From the NCBI GenBank assembly GCA_963422395.1, contig OY729431.1, forward strand, positions 1,952,001 through 2,016,000: a stretch of DNA of 64,000 bases. Reading direction: 5' to 3'. Below the pieces are notes generated by a model that saw nothing but the letters and a program-made list of their open reading frames with translations, had not been told where the DNA came from and made no database searches. Source of the stretch: Vicinamibacteria bacterium. Lineage in GTDB: Bacteria > Acidobacteriota > Vicinamibacteria > Marinacidobacterales > Marinacidobacteraceae. A program made the translations under genes and the position numbers. The stretch's first letter is position 1, and every line of letters begins with the position of its first letter. Shown piece by piece: positions 10,735 through 19,901 of the stretch.

Positions 10735-11406
10735 CTAGCGGGTTCCTAGTTCTTCGAGTCGGGCGACCCACCGGCCGAACAACGGACAGGCCGCCTTCAT
10801 CCGGGGGATTCCGATTTCGCGGGCGATGGAAATGCCGGTCGTCGTCTTCTTGAAACCCGCAGCGAGGCCGTAGAGTCGCTTCGAGGGGGCGCTGGTCGGC
10901 GAGTCGTCGATCTCCTCCGGCGCGCCGCAATCGTCGAGGATCGTCCGAACCTTTCTGCTGTCCACTCCAAGGTGTTTCGCCAGGATCTCCGAGTCGCTGA
11001 ACCACAGGGATTCCAATTCGAACATGGACACATAGGGCACGAACCGCTTCCGCACCTGGTCTTCCCCGAACTGACCGGAAAGTTTTTCAACCGTTGCCTC
11101 CATCAGGAGGCGGGCTTTCTCTTCGTGCCCGGTGATCCGCTTCGATTTCTGGTAACCCGGCCAGGTGTTGCGGATTCCGTAGTAATCCACGACGAGCGTC
11201 ACCCAGGTATCGGACCGCTGCTTCAGATGCGTTCCGATATCCCGCTCGGCCCGGCCGAACTGTACATTTCCTCCCCGTTTCCCGAGGATGGTCGGCGTCA
11301 TCGAAACATAGGCCCGATCTATCAGGTAGGGAGCGAGGACCGAGGCGACGAATATCTTCTCGGTCTCCCCCTCGACGAGGGCAACGACCTCGGCAGGCTT
11401 ACCCAT
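10735..11406 (-). CDS. DUF4276 family protein (TOPRIM-like putative nuclease)
   Basis: LVEGETE..FV, VDYYG, FVPYVSMFELESLWFSD, PEEIDD.PTSAPSKRL; coupled to an upstream ABC ATPase. Confidence 0.8.
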   Translation of the reverse strand: MGKPAEVVALVEGETEKIFVASVLAPYLIDRAYVSMTPTILGKRGGNVQFGRAERDIGTHLKQRSDTWVTLVVDYYGIRNTWPGYQKSKRITGHEEKARLLMEATVEKLSGQFGEDQVRKRFVPYVSMFELESLWFSDSEILAKHLGVDSRKVRTILDDCGAPEEIDDSPTSAPSKRLYGLAAGFKKTTTGISIAREIGIPRMKAACPLFGRWVARLEELGTR

Positions 11407-12517
11407 AGACCGGACCGCCGCTGATCACATTCTTGGTCCAGAGCTCGCCAGTGCTGTATTCCTCGAGCCACTTTTGAAAATCTCTCTCGTCGAGCCGCTC
11501 GAAACGGGATTCCCCATTCCGAAGGGAGACCACCACGATGTCGTCGATCGAAAAGCAATCCACGAACAGCGGGGACTGGGTGGCGGCGATCACCCGGGCC
11601 TTCCGCGACGCACTCTGGACGAGCTCGCCCAGGATGTGGATCGCCGCAGGGTGGAGTCCCAGCTCCGGTTCGTCCACGACGATGGCCGACGGCGGATTCG
11701 GCTGCAGCAGCGCCGCCGCCAGGCAGACGAAGCGGATGGATCCATCCGACAGCTGGTGCGGCTGCATCGGATAGTCCGATCCCCTGGCGCGCCAGGAGAG
11801 CCGCACTTTCACCTTCGGTCCAAACCTCTCGGGCTGCAGCAGGAAGTCGTCCAGGTAGGGCACGACCAGACGGCACGCCTCCAGGATCTCGCGATACGCA
11901 CTCGGCGCAGATGTTCGCAACCGCAGCAGGAACGGCGCGACATTCCTCCCGTCCCGCCGGAGCCGCTCGTTGTCCTCCACGATCTCGTCGTGCCGCATTC
12001 CCGCGGTCGCGCTGGTGTCGTGGAAGTGGTAGATCGTCCAAGCCCTGACGGCCTGACAGACGGGCAAGCTGTAGCGCCCCTGCCCCTCCGGGTCGCTCTC
12101 GACTTCCTCGACGAGTCGGGAGCGGCCGTCCGGGCTGTCTCCGAGCTCCCACCAATCGTGTTGCCCGGGCTCGAAGTAACGAGCTTCGTGGGTCAAGGCG
12201 TATTTCCGCGGCGTTTCTTCGATGTCGAAACGATGACCGCGCGGACCGAAGCGGGTCTCGAAGTGCATCCGGCGCGTCGTCTTCCGCCCGCGGAAAAGGA
12301 GATCGCCGACCCCGCCGCTTTCGCGGATGTACCCATCCAGGTCGTTCTCCATGAGCGACCGGAGCAGCCGGAAGAACGAGATCAGGTTGCTCTTGCCGGC
12401 GCCGTTCGCGCCGATCAGGACATTCAGGTTCTTCAACTCGAAGTTCTCCAGCGCGCGGATGGACCGGAACCCACGGATCGTGATCCGGTCCAGGCGCGCG
12501 GGGGTGTCCATCGGCAT
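11399..12517 (-). CDS. AAA_21-type ABC ATPase
   Basis: GFRSI, GANGAGKSN (Walker A), YHFHDTS, LSDGS signature, DEPELGLHP (Walker B), ATQSP. Confidence 0.88.
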   Translation of the reverse strand: MPMDTPARLDRITIRGFRSIRALENFELKNLNVLIGANGAGKSNLISFFRLLRSLMENDLDGYIRESGGVGDLLFRGRKTTRRMHFETRFGPRGHRFDIEETPRKYALTHEARYFEPGQHDWWELGDSPDGRSRLVEEVESDPEGQGRYSLPVCQAVRAWTIYHFHDTSATAGMRHDEIVEDNERLRRDGRNVAPFLLRLRTSAPSAYREILEACRLVVPYLDDFLLQPERFGPKVKVRLSWRARGSDYPMQPHQLSDGSIRFVCLAAALLQPNPPSAIVVDEPELGLHPAAIHILGELVQSASRKARVIAATQSPLFVDCFSIDDIVVVSLRNGESRFERLDERDFQKWLEEYSTGELWTKNVISGGPVYG

Positions 12518-12560
12518 GACTCAGCGGCGGGAGCAGGCAGCAGCCCCCGCGCACGATGGT

Positions 12561-12586
12561 AAACGCCCCCCCCCGGGGGGGCGTTT
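12561..12586. promoter_or_regulatory. Palindrome AAACG-C9-G7-CGTTT adjoining a putative -10 box (TACCAT, minus strand) of the ATPase gene
   Basis: Seen directly in the divergent intergenic region; function inferred. Confidence 0.45.
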
Positions 12587-12649
12587 GCGCGAAGACAGCA
12601 GCTGGACGGTCGGCCCTCCCTCAGGGGGCCGCCCGGTTAGAATTCCGTA

Positions 12650-13159
12650 GTGGCCGAGGCGGGAGCGCGGGGGAGCGCCCGGCAGCCGCCGCCGCCGCGA
12701 GCCGGGGGCCGGGAAGAACCGCAGGACGGGGGCCGGGAGCTGGCCAACCCTTTCGTCCCCGGTGCGCTCGGGCTGCTGCTGCCGGGGCTCGGCCACATCG
12801 TGCTCGGGCGGCCGGGAACCGGGGCGGTGTTCCTGGCCACCATCGGCCTGCTCTTCGGCTTCGGGATCGGGATGGAGGGAGAGCTGTTCGCGCTCGAGGC
12901 CGGAGCCCCGTTGACACTGCTCGCCGGGCTCGCCGAAATGGGCGCCGGCGGCCTCTATGCCGCGGCCCGGATCTTCGGGTTCGGAGAAGGAAATCCCGCT
13001 GCCGCGACCTACGAATACGGCTACGCCTTCCTGATCGTGGCCGGCCTCCTGAACCTGCTCGTGGTGCTCGACGCCTGGGACATCGCCACCGGGGCTCGGC
13101 GGGCCGACGACGACGACGGATCGGCCCCTGCCGGCAGCTCGGCTCCCACCGACGGATGA
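12650..13159 (+). CDS. Membrane protein (DUF6677-like)
   Basis: LLPGLGHIVLGR, YEYG..FLIVAGLLNLLVVLDAWD; TAGAAT 6 nt upstream of GTG. Confidence 0.7.
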   Translation: MAEAGARGSARQPPPPRAGGREEPQDGGRELANPFVPGALGLLLPGLGHIVLGRPGTGAVFLATIGLLFGFGIGMEGELFALEAGAPLTLLAGLAEMGAGGLYAAARIFGFGEGNPAAATYEYGYAFLIVAGLLNLLVVLDAWDIATGARRADDDDGSAPAGSSAPTDG

Positions 13160-13326
13160 CTCATTTCGCCGCGCTCACCCTCTTCGCGGCGCTGGTGTCG
13201 CCGGCCTTCGCCTGCCTGATGCGCGAAGGGCTCCGGGCGCGGGTCCGGTTCACGCTCTGGGCCTTCGGCTGCTTCCTGGGCTTCGCCTTCGGAATGGGCT
13301 GGATCATGTTCCTCCTGGGCGGCTGA
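13156..13326 (+). CDS. Small two-TM membrane protein
   Basis: MTHFAALTLFAALVSPAFACL...GWIMFLLGG; ATGA overlap with the previous gene. Confidence 0.7.
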   Translation: MTHFAALTLFAALVSPAFACLMREGLRARVRFTLWAFGCFLGFAFGMGWIMFLLGG

Positions 13327-13337
13327 TCCGCATCATC

Positions 13338-14591
13338 GTGGCCGCTAGCGCGCGGCTCGATCCGCCCGCTGCTCCGCTTCCCTTGACCGGCGTCCTGCCG
13401 ATCCTGGGGATCGCGGTTCTCCTCGGGATCGCCTGGGCTCTCTCCGAGAATCGCCGCCGCTTCCCCTGGCGGATCGCGCTCTGGTCGCTGACCCTGCAGC
13501 TCGGCTTCGCGCTCCTCGTCCTCAAGAGCTCGTTCGGGGTGGCGGCGCTCGCCGCCGCGGCGAACGGCGTGGACCTCGCCCTCCAGCAGGCGAACGCGGG
13601 GATCGAACTGTTGTTCGGCCCGCTCGCCGACCGCGAACGGTTCGGGGTCATCCTGGCGATCTCGGCGCTGCCGGCGATCGTCTATGTGGCCGCGGTCTTC
13701 TCGGTCCTCTACTACCTGGGCATCCTGCAACTGGCGGTTCTCGGCATGGCCCGGGGGATGGTTCGCACCCTCGGCACCAGCGGCGCCGAGACCCTCGCTG
13801 CCGCCGCCAATGTATTCATGGGGCAGACCGAGGCTCCGCTGATCGTGGCCCCCTATCTGAAGCGGATGACCCGGTCCGAACTCCACGCGGTCATGGTCTC
13901 GGGGATGGCCACGGTGTCCGGCGGGATGCTGGCCGCCTTCATCGCCCTCGGAGTGGACGCCCGCTTCCTGCTGGCGGCCAGCCTGGTGAACGCGCCGGCG
14001 GCGCTGCTGCTGGCGAAGATCCTCGTCCCCGAGCAGGCGGTTCCGGAAACCGCCGGGCGGGTGGAATACCGGGTGGAGCGCACCTCGGTGAATCTGATCG
14101 ACGCCGCGGCGGCCGGGGCTTCCGCCGGAATGAAACTGGTGCTGAATGTGGTGGCGATGCTGATCGCCTTCCTCAGCATCGTGGCGCTCATCGATCTGCC
14201 CCTGGGAGTGGTCGGCCTTTCGCTTTCGGGCATCCTCGGCTGGGTCTTCGCTCCGGTCGCCTTTCTGATCGGAGTTCCCCTCGGCGAGGTCGGAACGGTG
14301 GCAGCGATGCTTGGCAGGAAATTGATCCTGAACGAGTTCGTCGCCTACCTCGATCTGGCCGCGCTCAAGGCGGAAGGAACGCTGTCGCTCAAGAGCGAAG
14401 TCATCGCCACCTTCGCGCTCTGCGGCTTCGCCAATCTCGGTTCCGTCGGCATCCAGATCGGAGGGATCGGCGCGATCGCTCCTGCCCGCAAGCAGGATCT
14501 GGCCCGGCTCGGACTGCGGGCGCTCGCCGGCGGCACCATCGCCACCCTGATCACCGCGGCCATCGCGGGAATGCTCACCGCCGCACCGTGA
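13338..14591 (+). CDS. CNT (NupC-type) nucleoside transporter
   Basis: LSENRR, AANVFMGQTEAPL, GMATVSG, LILNEFVAY, FALCGFAN.GS.GIQIGG. Confidence 0.93.
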   Translation: MAASARLDPPAAPLPLTGVLPILGIAVLLGIAWALSENRRRFPWRIALWSLTLQLGFALLVLKSSFGVAALAAAANGVDLALQQANAGIELLFGPLADRERFGVILAISALPAIVYVAAVFSVLYYLGILQLAVLGMARGMVRTLGTSGAETLAAAANVFMGQTEAPLIVAPYLKRMTRSELHAVMVSGMATVSGGMLAAFIALGVDARFLLAASLVNAPAALLLAKILVPEQAVPETAGRVEYRVERTSVNLIDAAAAGASAGMKLVLNVVAMLIAFLSIVALIDLPLGVVGLSLSGILGWVFAPVAFLIGVPLGEVGTVAAMLGRKLILNEFVAYLDLAALKAEGTLSLKSEVIATFALCGFANLGSVGIQIGGIGAIAPARKQDLARLGLRALAGGTIATLITAAIAGMLTAAP

Positions 14592-14607
14592 AGCAGCCGG
14601 CAGCGCC

Positions 14608-15474
14608 ATGAAGAAACCGGTCGCGGCGCAGCTCGACGCCGCCGCGGAAGCGGTGCGGAAGCGGATCGGCGATGGCCAACCGCTCCCGAAAGCGGGTCTG
14701 GTGCTCGGCTCCGGTCTCGCGGGGGCCGCCGAAGCGGTCCGGGACGCCCGCTCCCTGCCGTATGCGGAGATCCCCGGACTCGCCGCCTGTTCGGCGCCCG
14801 GCCACCGGAGCCGGCTCGTCGTCGGGGAGTTTCCGGCGGAAACCGGGCCGCCGCTGCCGCTGTTCGTGCTCTCGGGAAGACACCACCTCTACGAAGGCCG
14901 GACTCCCGACGAGGCGGTCTTCGGAGTGCGCCTCCTCGGCGCTCTCGGCGCCTCGAAGCTGATCCTCACCGCTGCCACCGGCGCTATCCGCCCCGGTCTC
15001 GAAGTCGGCGGTTTCCTGCGGATCAGCGACCATCTCAACCTGACCGGAGCGAGTCCGCTCGAAGGGCCGGAACCGGGGCCGGAGCCGCGGTTTCCCGACC
15101 TGACCGAGGCCTGGGACGGAGCGCTCGGAGCGGCGCTCGGGCGGGCCGCCGCCCGGATCGGGGCGCCCTTGCCGTCCGGGGTGTACGCCGGAGTGCGCGG
15201 GCCGCAGTTCGAAACCCCGGCAGAGATCCGGATGCTGCGGACGATGGGGGCCGATGTGGTCGGCATGTCCGTCGTGCTCGAGGCGATCGCCGCCCGCCCG
15301 CTGGGAATTCGCCTGGCCGGGCTCGCCTTCGCGTCGAACCTCGCTGCCGGAATTTCCGACCGGGCGCTCGACGCGGGCCAGGTGAACGAAGCGGCGGAGC
15401 GCGCCGTCCCCACCCTGATCCGCCTGCTCTCGGCCGCCGCCGCCGAACCAGAGTTCCGGGGAGCCGGTAGGTAG
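14608..15474 (+). CDS. Purine-nucleoside phosphorylase (trimeric type)
   Basis: LVLGSGL, GRHHLYEG, DHLNLTG.SPL, GPQFETPAE, GADVVGMS. Confidence 0.9.
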   Translation: MKKPVAAQLDAAAEAVRKRIGDGQPLPKAGLVLGSGLAGAAEAVRDARSLPYAEIPGLAACSAPGHRSRLVVGEFPAETGPPLPLFVLSGRHHLYEGRTPDEAVFGVRLLGALGASKLILTAATGAIRPGLEVGGFLRISDHLNLTGASPLEGPEPGPEPRFPDLTEAWDGALGAALGRAAARIGAPLPSGVYAGVRGPQFETPAEIRMLRTMGADVVGMSVVLEAIAARPLGIRLAGLAFASNLAAGISDRALDAGQVNEAAERAVPTLIRLLSAAAAEPEFRGAGR

Positions 15475-15515
15475 CCCGCCAGGAAGCCGCAGCGGAGGAC
15501 GCCCGCTCCCTCAGA

Positions 15516-16100
15516 CTATTTCGAGTCGAGCACCCCCACATAGGGGAGCTGGCGGTAGCGGCCGGCGTAGTCGAGGCCGTATCCGACCAGGAAGTGGTCG
15601 GGGACCACGAAACCGGTGAAATCGGCCTCGATCGGCATCCGGCGGCGGCCCGGCTTCGACAGCAGCGCCACGGAACGAAGGGAGCGCGGCGCCGAGGGGG
15701 TGACCGCCCGAACGAGTGCCTCGAGCGCCGTTCCGGTGTCCACGATGTCCTCGACGATCATCACCTCCCGGTCCGTGAGCGTCTCCGGGTGGTACAGCTC
15801 GACCGCCGGTACGCCGGGCTCGGTCCCGTCGCCGTACGAGGCCACCCGGCAGAAATCCACGGTCAGCTCCATGCCGAGCGCATCCAACCGGCGGGCCAGG
15901 TCCGCCGCGAACACGAAGGCGCCGCGGAGCACCACCAGCAGGTGGAGATTGCAGTCGGCATGAGCGGCGGCGATCTCTTCGGCGAGCGTCCCCACCCGTT
16001 CGGCGAGGATCTCCGCCGAGAGGAATTCGGCGGGTCGGGAGGCCCGGGGCACGCTCCGGGCCGACGGAGAGGAGTCCGCCGGGCTGCGAGCCTCGATCAC
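15516..16100 (-). CDS. hpt: Hypoxanthine phosphoribosyltransferase
   Basis: VLRGAFVFAADL, IVEDIVDTG, FLVGYGLDY..YRQLPY; start uncertain (GTG 16100 or 16142). Confidence 0.92.
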   Translation of the reverse strand: MIEARSPADSSPSARSVPRASRPAEFLSAEILAERVGTLAEEIAAAHADCNLHLLVVLRGAFVFAADLARRLDALGMELTVDFCRVASYGDGTEPGVPAVELYHPETLTDREVMIVEDIVDTGTALEALVRAVTPSAPRSLRSVALLSKPGRRRMPIEADFTGFVVPDHFLVGYGLDYAGRYRQLPYVGVLDSK

Positions 16101-16148
16101 TGGCAACCTTGTGGATGAAGTGGATCGAGGGCGGTGAACCACCGGCTG

Positions 16149-17126
16149 TCAGGTGGGAAAGAGCCCGAAGGTGACGCTGATGACCCCCACCGCCTCCACC
16201 GGTTCGCCGTCCTTGATCGCCGGCTCCCAGCGGTAGAGCCGAGCGTGGCGGCGGGCGGTCTCGACGCAGGCGCGGCAACCGGACTTGATGACGCCGAGCA
16301 CCTCGGTGCTGCCGTCGAGCTTCACCAGCACCTGCAGCATCACTTCGCCGCTGACCCGCCGCCGTCGCGCCGACTCGGGATACGGCGGCTCCGGAGGTTC
16401 GTAGATCAGGCGCGGCTCGATGTCGTAACCGCCGGGTCGGTAGGCCCCGCCGCCCGAACCGCCGCCCGTTCCGGGACCGACCCCCCAGCCCTGCCCTTCC
16501 CCGGTACCGATGCCGTCGCCGCCGCCGATCCCTCCGCCCTCTCCCGCGCTCGGCGCGCTGTCCCGCCCGCCGTTTTCGCTGAAGGCGGAAAGCGAGAGGC
16601 CCGGAGCCGCAACCGCCTGCGGGGAAAAGACGCTTCCCAGTGCGATCTCCGAGAGATCGGGCAAGTCGGCGAGGTTTTCGAGATCTTCGAAACGAAGCGG
16701 GCGGGGCTTCCTCGGCGCGATCGGCGCCTCCCGCGGAGTCTCGGTCTCGGGTTCGGGTTCCGGCGGCGGGGTCTCGACCCGGACCGGGATGTAAGCGCTG
16801 ATCCGCTCGCCGCGGCTGCCCCCGCCACCACCTCCGCCTCCCGGGCCCTCGCCTCCGGCGATCCGGAAATCGAAACGGGGAATTCCGTTCCGACCCTCGG
16901 ACGACGACTCGAAGAGCTGCCAACCGGGGAAGAGAAGGAGCGCGGCGATGGCGAGATGGACCGCCGCGGACACCGCCGCCGACCCCCGCTTCCAGAGGGG
17001 TGCTCCCGGCCCGAAGGGCGCACCACCCGACGAGAGACCGGCGAGCCAGTTCTCCGAAGGGCGGGGCGGAATTCGCACGCCCGCCGCTTCCGGACTTTCC
17101 GGTTCCGGGCTTGCTGCAGCGTCCAT
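16149..17126 (-). CDS. TonB-family energy transducer
   Basis: N-terminal TM SAAVHL, Pro/Gly-rich linker, C-terminal PPYPESARRRRVSGEV.L...WEPA..DGEPV. Confidence 0.82.
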   Translation of the reverse strand: MDAAASPEPESPEAAGVRIPPRPSENWLAGLSSGGAPFGPGAPLWKRGSAAVSAAVHLAIAALLLFPGWQLFESSSEGRNGIPRFDFRIAGGEGPGGGGGGGGSRGERISAYIPVRVETPPPEPEPETETPREAPIAPRKPRPLRFEDLENLADLPDLSEIALGSVFSPQAVAAPGLSLSAFSENGGRDSAPSAGEGGGIGGGDGIGTGEGQGWGVGPGTGGGSGGGAYRPGGYDIEPRLIYEPPEPPYPESARRRRVSGEVMLQVLVKLDGSTEVLGVIKSGCRACVETARRHARLYRWEPAIKDGEPVEAVGVISVTFGLFPT

Positions 17127-17165
17127 CAGATCTGTTCCGACCTCACCCGAACGGGGTCATGCTAG

Positions 17166-18859
17166 CAGTCTGCGCCGCAGAAACGCGGCGGGCCATATGG
17201 TGGTAGCGACGAGCGGACGGTCGGGCTGCTCGGGAGTTGGGACCGGGGGGCGACACGGTTGCGTGGCATATAACTCATTTTATATCATACACTTACGGAA
17301 AAGGGGCGAGGGCGTCTCGGATCCGGGGAGGGATGGTTCCGATGGGCACGCGTTTTCGTCAGTATCAGCCGGGGCAGCTGCTCTTGTTGCCGCCGGATCT
17401 GCGGCAGTGGGTTCCGGAGGGGCATTTGGCGCATCACATCAGCGATGTGGTGGACGAGCTGGACTTGTCTGCGTTCTACGCGCCGTATGCGGGGGACGGG
17501 CGGCGGAACGCGCCGTATGACCCGCGGATGATGGTGAAGGTGCTGATCTACGCTTATGCGACGGGGGTGTTTTCGTCGCGTGGGATTGCGCGGAAGCTGG
17601 AAGAGGACGTGGCGTTTCGGATGCTGGCGGCGAGGAACTTCCCGAGGCACCGGACGATCTGCGAGTTTCGTCGTCGGCATCTGGGGGATTTCCGGGAGTT
17701 GTTCGTCGAGGTGGTGCGGGTGGCGCGGCAGTGCGGGCTGGTGCGTTTCGGCAGGCTATCGCTGGACGGGGTGAAGGTTCGGGCGAACGCGAGCAAGCGC
17801 AAGGCGATGAGTTATGGGCGGATGCTGGCCGAGGAGCGGCGGCTTGCGGCGGAGATCGCGGGATATTTGGAGCAGGCGGGAGAGACCGACGAGCGGGAGG
17901 ACGCGGCCCACGGGGCGGAGCGGCGCGGCGACGAGTTGCCGGCTGAGCTGCGGCGCCGGGAGGATCGGTTGGCGGCGATCCGGGCGGCGAAGGTGCAGCT
18001 GGAAGCGGAGCAGCGGGCGCGGGACGAGGCGCGGGGGCGGGTCCCCGGACAGACCCACAGTCCGGGGAACGGTCGGCGCTACCAGCGCGCGCATGGGGAG
18101 CCGAAGGCGGAAGCGCAGGGGAACTTCACCGACCCCGAGAGCCGGATCATGAAGACGAGCGCCGAGGGGTTCCAGCAGTGCTACAACGCGCAGATGGCGG
18201 TGGACGGAGAGAACCAGCTGGTGGTGTCGAACCAGCTGACGGCGAATGCGGGCGACCAGGGGCAGCTGCCGGCGCTGCTGGACCGGGTGCGAGAAGAGTT
18301 GGGCGCGGTGCCGGCGGTGGTGTTGGCTGATGCCGGATACTGCAACGAGCGGGACCTGGCACTGCTGGAAACCCGCGGGATAGACGGGTATGTCGCCGTC
18401 GGACGGGAAGGGCGGAAGCGGGCGGCGGGCACTCCCGCGAAGCATCACCCGGCGACCCGCCGGATGAGAGAAAAACTGGCGGCTCACGCCGGGCGAAAGA
18501 TCTACGCGGCGCGGAAGTGGCTGTCCGAGGCGCCCCACGGGTGGATCAAGGAGGTGATGGGGTTCCGGCGGTTCAGCTTCCGGGGGCTGCGCAAGGCGCA
18601 AGGAGAGTGGGACCTGGTCTGCCTGGCGTTGAACCTGCGACGGCTCCCGGGGTTGCTGGCAGCGTAAACGCCTGCCCCGCCCCGCCCTGGCCCCCATCAA
18701 CCCGCCCAATGGCCCTCCGGAGCGCCTTCCCGAACTCCCCTCCCGCCCGAAAACTGCGCGATCCCGCCCCATGACTCCGATCACGCGCTCCCGAACCCCC
18801 GAATCTCCCACGCGCTCCCGAACCCCCGATCCGCCCCAACCTTCCTGCGGCGCAGACTC
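17166..18859 (+). mobile_element. IS1182-family insertion sequence with CTAG target duplication
   Basis: IRs CAGTCTGCGCCGCAGAAA and GAGTCTGCGCCGCAGGAA (reverse complement), flanked by CTAG at 17162-17165 and 18860-18863. Confidence 0.9.
17342..18667 (+). CDS. IS1182 family transposase
   Basis: YDPRMMVKVLIYAY..G.FSSR, P.HRTICEFR, LDGVKVRANAS, TDPESRIMK, YNAQ, LADAGY, GFRRFSFRG. Confidence 0.95.
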   Translation: MGTRFRQYQPGQLLLLPPDLRQWVPEGHLAHHISDVVDELDLSAFYAPYAGDGRRNAPYDPRMMVKVLIYAYATGVFSSRGIARKLEEDVAFRMLAARNFPRHRTICEFRRRHLGDFRELFVEVVRVARQCGLVRFGRLSLDGVKVRANASKRKAMSYGRMLAEERRLAAEIAGYLEQAGETDEREDAAHGAERRGDELPAELRRREDRLAAIRAAKVQLEAEQRARDEARGRVPGQTHSPGNGRRYQRAHGEPKAEAQGNFTDPESRIMKTSAEGFQQCYNAQMAVDGENQLVVSNQLTANAGDQGQLPALLDRVREELGAVPAVVLADAGYCNERDLALLETRGIDGYVAVGREGRKRAAGTPAKHHPATRRMREKLAAHAGRKIYAARKWLSEAPHGWIKEVMGFRRFSFRGLRKAQGEWDLVCLALNLRRLPGLLAA

Positions 18860-18864
18860 CTAGG

Positions 18865-19896
18865 TGTGACCTTGCGGCAGGTTGTTCACGCGAACCCGAT
18901 GCCCGGAACTCATGGGCATCCACAACCCCTCAGCACAAGGAGCAGCCCGCATGAACATCCACAAGTCCGCCAAACTGACCCCGCTCGGTCGAGAGATCCT
19001 GGTTCGCCGCATCACCGAGGAAGGCCTCCGCGTCGAGGCGGCGGCCCAGGCCTCGGGGGTGAGCGTGCGCACCGCATACAAGTGGCTCGCCCGCTGGCGC
19101 GAGGAGGGCCTGCCGGGCCTCGGGGACCGCTCCTCGCGCCCGCATCGCTGCCCCCACCGCACCAGCGAGGCGCGGCGCACCCGAGTCGTCGAACTGCGGC
19201 GCGAGCGCCGCACCTACCACGACATCAGCCAGCAGCTCGGCATCTCCCCCAGCACCGTGGGGCGCATCGCCCAGCGCGCCGGGGTCAACCGCCTCTCCCA
19301 GCTCGAACCACCCCCGCCCCCCAACCGCTATGTCTATCCAGATCCCGGGGGCCTCCTCCACCTCGACATCAAGAAACTCGGGCGCTTCCGGCGCCCCGGA
19401 CACCGCGCCACCGGAAACCGCCGCTCCACCAGCCCCCGCGCCGGCTGGGAGTTCGTCCATGTCTGCGTGGACGACCACTCCCGCCTCGCTTTCTCCAAAA
19501 TCCTCCCCGACGAATCCGCCCATAGCGCCGCCGCCTTCCTCACCGACGCACTCGCCTACTTCCAAAGCCTCGCTATCCCCGTGCAACGCCTCCTCACCGA
19601 CAATGGCGGCTGCTACCGCTCCCGCCTCTTCAACGCACGATGCCAACAGGCAGGCATCCGCCACCTCTACACCCGTCCCTTCACCCCCCGAACCAACGGA
19701 AAAGCCGAGCGCTTCATCCAAACCGTTCTCAGAGAATGGGCCTACGCACACACCTACCAGAGCTCCGACCAGCGCGCCGCCCAACTGCCCGCCTGGCTCC
19801 ACCGATACAACTGGCACCGGCCTCACACCAGCCTCCATCACCGACCCCCCATCCAGGCCCTCGACTTCCCCCTCAACAACCTCGTGAGCTTGCACA
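18865..19896 (+). mobile_element. IS481-family insertion sequence
   Basis: TGT...ACA ends with IRs TGTGACCTTGCGGCAGGTTGTT and TGTGCAAGCTCACGAGGTTGTT; flanks CCTAGG / GCTAAC. Confidence 0.88.
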
Positions 19897-19901
19897 GCTA
19901 A
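18951..19901 (+). CDS. IS481 family transposase
   Basis: MNIHKSAKLTP, LHLDIKKLG, VDDHSR, LTDNG, TNGKAERF, YNWHRPH; stop codon supplied by the target sequence. Confidence 0.95.
   Translation: MNIHKSAKLTPLGREILVRRITEEGLRVEAAAQASGVSVRTAYKWLARWREEGLPGLGDRSSRPHRCPHRTSEARRTRVVELRRERRTYHDISQQLGISPSTVGRIAQRAGVNRLSQLEPPPPPNRYVYPDPGGLLHLDIKKLGRFRRPGHRATGNRRSTSPRAGWEFVHVCVDDHSRLAFSKILPDESAHSAAAFLTDALAYFQSLAIPVQRLLTDNGGCYRSRLFNARCQQAGIRHLYTRPFTPRTNGKAERFIQTVLREWAYAHTYQSSDQRAAQLPAWLHRYNWHRPHTSLHHRPPIQALDFPLNNLVSLHS

Noticed and set aside
6170-12517. Prophage or integrative element
   Set aside because: No integrase, phage structural, replication or conjugation genes, and no tRNA attachment site recognised.
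18782-18829. Direct repeat CACGCGCTCCCGAACCCCCGA (two copies) as an independent feature
   Set aside because: It lies inside the IS1182 right-end region and is treated as part of the element.
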